Source: the human T2T-CHM13v2.0 reference genome, Homo sapiens. From it: 64,000 nt of DNA. The translations under genes were made by a program, and so were the position numbers. Each line of letters opens with the position of its first letter. Within the stretch, counting starts at the first letter, position 1. The DNA lies in assembly GCF_009914755.1 (NCBI RefSeq), contig NC_060929.1. The stretch is one strand, 5' to 3'. Under the pieces are notes generated by a model. It was not told where the DNA came from, did not search any database, and was given only the letters and a program-made list of their open reading frames with translations. This document shows positions 59,670-64,000 of this stretch, piece by piece.

Positions 59670-62600
59670 GGTTCCTTTTTTGTGTGTGTCTCTATCTCCT
59701 TCAGTTCAGCTCTGATTTTGGTTATTTCTTGTGTTCTGCTAGCTTTGGCGCTGGTTTGCTCTTGCTTCTCTAGTTCTTCTAGTTGTGACATTAGGTTGTA
59801 ATCTGAGATCTTTATAACTTTTTAACGTAGGCATTTAGTGCTATAAGTTTCCAACTTAACACTGCTTGAGCCATGCCTCAGAGATTCTGACATATTTTGT
59901 CTTTGTTCTCAAAAGTTTCAAAGAACTATTTCATTTCTGCTTGAATTTTATTATTTACCCAAGAGTTGTACAGGAGCAGGTTCTTTAATTTCCATGTAAC
60001 TGCATGGTTTTGAGCAATTTTCTTGGCTTTGATTTCTATTTTTATTGGACCGTAATACAAGAGTGTGGTTGTTATGATTTTAGGTTTTTTGAGTTTGCTG
60101 AGGGTTGTCTTATTTCAGATTGCACAGTGAATTTTAGAGCATGTACCATGTGGTGATGAGAAGAATGTATATTCTGTTGTTTTTGCATGGGGAGTTCTGT
60201 AAATGTCTATCAAGTCCATTTGGTCAAGTGTTAAGTTCAATTCTTGAATATCTTTATTAATTTTCTGCCTTGATGATCTATCTAATGCTGTCAGTGTGAT
60301 GTTGAAGCCTTGTACTATTATATTGTGGGAATCTAAGTCTCTATAGTTCTCTAAGAAGAATGAAAAAAAATATAAAGTATCAACAAATCCAGCAGTTTGT
60401 TATTTGAAAATAATAATAAGATAATCTAATACCTAGACTAATAAAGAAGAAAAGAAAGAAGATCCAAATAAACACAATCAGAAACAACAAAGGGAACATT
60501 ACTACTCACCCCACAGAAATACTTCTATGCAAACAAATTAGATAATCTAGAAGAAATGGATAAATTCCTGGACACATACACCTTCCCAAGACTGAACCAG
60601 GAGGAAACTGAATTCCTGAACAGACCAACAATGAGCTCTGAAATTAAATCAGTAATAGATAGCCTACCAACCCCCTCCCCAAAATGCCCAGAAATAGATG
60701 AATTAATACCTGAATTCTACCAGATATAAAAAGAAGACCTGGTGCCATTCCTACTGAAGATATTCCAAAAAATTGAGGAACGGGGACTCATCTTCAACTC
60801 ATTCTATGAGGCAAGCATTTTCCTAATACCAAATCCTGGCAGAGACACAATGAAAAAAGAAAACATTATACCAATATCTCTGATAAAGATTGATATGGTT
60901 TGGCCCTGTGTCCCCACTCAAATCTCATCTCAGACTGTAGTCCCTACATGTCAGGGGAGAATCATGGTGGAAGATGATCAAATCATGAAGGTAAATTTGC
61001 CCCTTTCTGTTCTCATGATAGTGAGTGAGTTCTCACAAGATTTGATTGTTTGAAAGTGGGTGGCACTTCCCTTTCACGTGATCTCTCCTGCCATCATGTA
61101 AGATGTGACTTGCTTCCCCTTTACCTTCCACAATGATCATAGGTTACATGAAACCTCCCCAGCCATGTTCAACTATGAGTCAATGTAACCTCTTTTCTTC
61201 ATAAATTATCCAGTCTCAGGTAGTTCTTTATAGCAGTGTAAAAATGGACTAATATTTTCAACAAAATAATAGAGAACTGACTTCAGCAGCACATCAAAAA
61301 GCTAATCCACCACAATCAAATAGGCTTTATCTCTGGGATGCAAAGTTGGCTCAACATATGCAAATCAATAAATGTAATTCATCACATAAACAGAACTAAA
61401 AAAACCTCATGATTATCTCAACAGATGTAGAAAAGGCTTTCAATAAAATTCAACACTCCTTCATGTTAAAAACACTCAATAAACTAGGTATTGATGGAAC
61501 ACATAATAAGAGGAGTCTATGACAAACCCACTGCCAACATCATACTTAATGGGCAAAAGCTGGACACATTTGCATTTAAAACTGGAGAGCGTGAGTATAC
61601 TCTCAATCACCAATCCCATTTAACAGTACTTGAAGTTCTGGCCAGATCAATCAGGTAAGGGAAAGAAATAAAAGGCATCCAAATAGGAAGAAAGAAAGTC
61701 AAACTATCCCTGTTTGAAAATGACACTATTCACTAGCTAGAAGTCTCCATAGTCACTGCCCAAAAGCTCCTTGAGGTGACAACCAACTTCAGTAAAATTT
61801 TTGGATACAAAATCCATGTACAAAAATCAGTAGCATTCCTATACAGCAACAGCACGCAAGGTGAGAGTCAAATCAGGAAAGCAATCACATTCGCAATTGC
61901 CACAAAAACAATAAAATATGTAGGAATACAGCTAAGCAGAGAAGAGAAAAATCTCCACAATGAGTATTACAAAACATAGCTCAAGGAAATCAGAGATGAC
62001 ACAGACAAATAGAAGAAAATTCCATGTTCTTGGATAGGAAGAATCAATATTGTTAAACTTGCCCTATGTCCCAAAGTAATGTACATATTCAGGGCTGTTC
62101 CTATCAAACCACCAATGACATTTGTCACAGAATAAGAAAAGCTATTCTAAAGTTCATATGAAAACAAAAAGGAGCCTGAATAGCCAAGGCAATCCTAAGC
62201 AAAAAGGAAAAAACTGGAGGAATCACATTGCCTGACTTCAAACTGTATTACAAGGCTACACTAACCAAAACAAGATGATACTGGTACAAAAACAAACATA
62301 TAGACTAATGGAACAGAATTGAGAAGCCAGAAAGAAAAGCAACAGACAACAATTTGTTCTTTGACAAAGCTGACAAAACAAGCAATGGGAAAAGGAGTCC
62401 TCATTTAATAAATGGTTTTGAGATAACTGGTTAGCTATCCGCAGAAGATTGAAACTGGACCCTCTCATTACACCACATACAAAAATAAATTCAAGGTGGA
62501 TTAAAGACCTAAATGTAAAACCTAAAACTATAAAAACCCTGGAAGATAACCTTGGACATACATTTTTGACATAAGAACTGGCAAAAATTTCATGATGAAG

Positions 62601-63652
62601 ACGCCTAAAGCAATGGCAACGAAAGCAAAATTGTTAAATGGGACCTAATTGAAGAGCTTCTGTACAACAAATAAACTATCAACACATAAATATGCAACCT
62701 ATGGAATGAGAGAAAATATTTGGGAACTATACATCTGACAAAGGTCTAATATCCAGAATTCACAAGGACCTTAAAAATTCACAAGCAAAAACCAAACAAC
62801 CCCATTCGAAACTGGGCAAAGGACATAAACAGACCCTTTTCAAAAGAAAACATAACATGCAGCCAACAAACATATGAAAAAAATGCTCAATATTATTATA
62901 CAAATCATCAGAGAAATCCAAATCAAAACCACAATAAGATATCATCTCACACCTCTCAGAATGGCTATGATTAAAAAATTAAAAAATAACATTCTGGAGA
63001 AGTTGCAAAAAAAAAGGGAACACTTATGAACTGTTAGTGGGAGTGTAAGTTACTTCAAACATTGTGGAAAGTCTTGTGGCCATTCCTCAAAGTACTAAAA
63101 ACAGAACTACCATTCAACTCAGCAGTCGCATTACTGAGTGTATCCAAAGAAATATAAATCCCTGCTACCATAAAGACATATGCATGCATATCTTCATTGC
63201 AGCACTTTTCACAATAGCAAACACACAGAATCAACCTAAATGCCCATCAATGGTAGACTGGATAAAGAAAATGTGGTACATATACACATGCAATACTATG
63301 CAGCCATGAAAAGAACAAGATCATGTCTTCTGCAGGAACATGGTTGGATCTAGAGGCCATTAACCTTAGCAAACTAACGCAAGAACAGAAAACCAAATAC
63401 TACATGTTCTCACTTATAAGTGGGAGCTAAATTATGAGAACACACGCACGGAAAGAGAGGAATGACAGACACTGGGGCCAACCTAGGGGTGGAGGTTCGG
63501 AGAAGTGAGATGTTCAGAAAAAAAAAAAAAAACTGTTGGGTAATATGATTAGTACCTTGGTGATGAAATAATCTATATACCAAACTCCCAAGTCATGAGT
63601 TTACCTGTATAATAAACCTGCACATATACCCCTGAGCTTAAAATAAAAATTA
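59670..63652 (+). mobile_element. 5'-inverted L1PA13-16-type element (inverted part ~59670-60352, sense part ~60365-63652)
   Basis: Degraded ORF2 peptides ([22 protein letters not shown]), older L1PA 3'UTR and A-tail. Confidence 0.9.
60891..61255 (+). mobile_element. THE1D/MSTA solo LTR nested in L1
   Basis: tgatatggtttggccctgtgtcccc...aatggactaata; L1 ORF2 sequence continues on both sides. Confidence 0.9.
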
Positions 63653-64000
63653 AGATATTTTTTAAAAAGGAGTTTCCTGGATTCTGAATTTATTATAATT
63701 TGAATCACAACCTGACAAAGAGAAGAGCTGCTCTTTATAAATTTTCTACTTCCTTTCTTTCACCTCTTCATATACATTTCTCATTTTTTCTCTTCTTCCT
63801 CATTTTTCTCTCTACCTTCAGTTTAATATATTATTTTATATTATCATCATTTTTATTTGTATTGTTTAGAAAATTTTTTAATCCTTGTTTTTTCTTTGAC
63901 TGTGTACTCCTGTGAGAGTACTGGTCTGGCTTTTTTTAGAGGTCTCATTCCTAATTACCACCTAAGTAGTCCAAGATTATTTTTGCTTCCCTTCTGGCCA

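Noticed and set aside
58491-61255. LTRs at 58491 and 60891 as the two ends of one MaLR element
   Set aside because: They are in opposite orientation, and the second is flanked on both sides by near-contiguous L1 sequence.

Overview
AT-rich, repeat-dominated primate genomic DNA (human or great ape, judged from L1PA2/3, AluY, THE1B and HERV-IP repeats). I see no recognisable cellular protein-coding exon, and nearly all ORFs in the track are TE-derived or spurious. The main structure is a pair of full-length L1PA2/3-type LINE-1s in inverted, tail-to-tail orientation (3380-9460 +, 22518-28565 -) around a ~13 kb spacer. They are independent insertions with separate target-site duplications (TSDs) and divergent 5' ends. 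Yet they share an 818-bp identical tract, a 20-bp 5'UTR duplication and many non-consensus variants, which points to gene conversion between the copies and a candidate NAHR inversion. Secondary observations are a probable 3' transduction on the second L1, candidate exons downstream of its antisense promoter, several short locally templated duplications beside (TA)n arrays, and two twin-primed (5'-inverted) L1s. The window also holds a near full-length Tigger2, a full THE1B and a truncated HERV-IP provirus. I found no evidence of a new gene system; the interest is in genome-rearrangement and retrotransposon biology. Subfamily calls and consensus comparisons come from memory and by-eye alignment.
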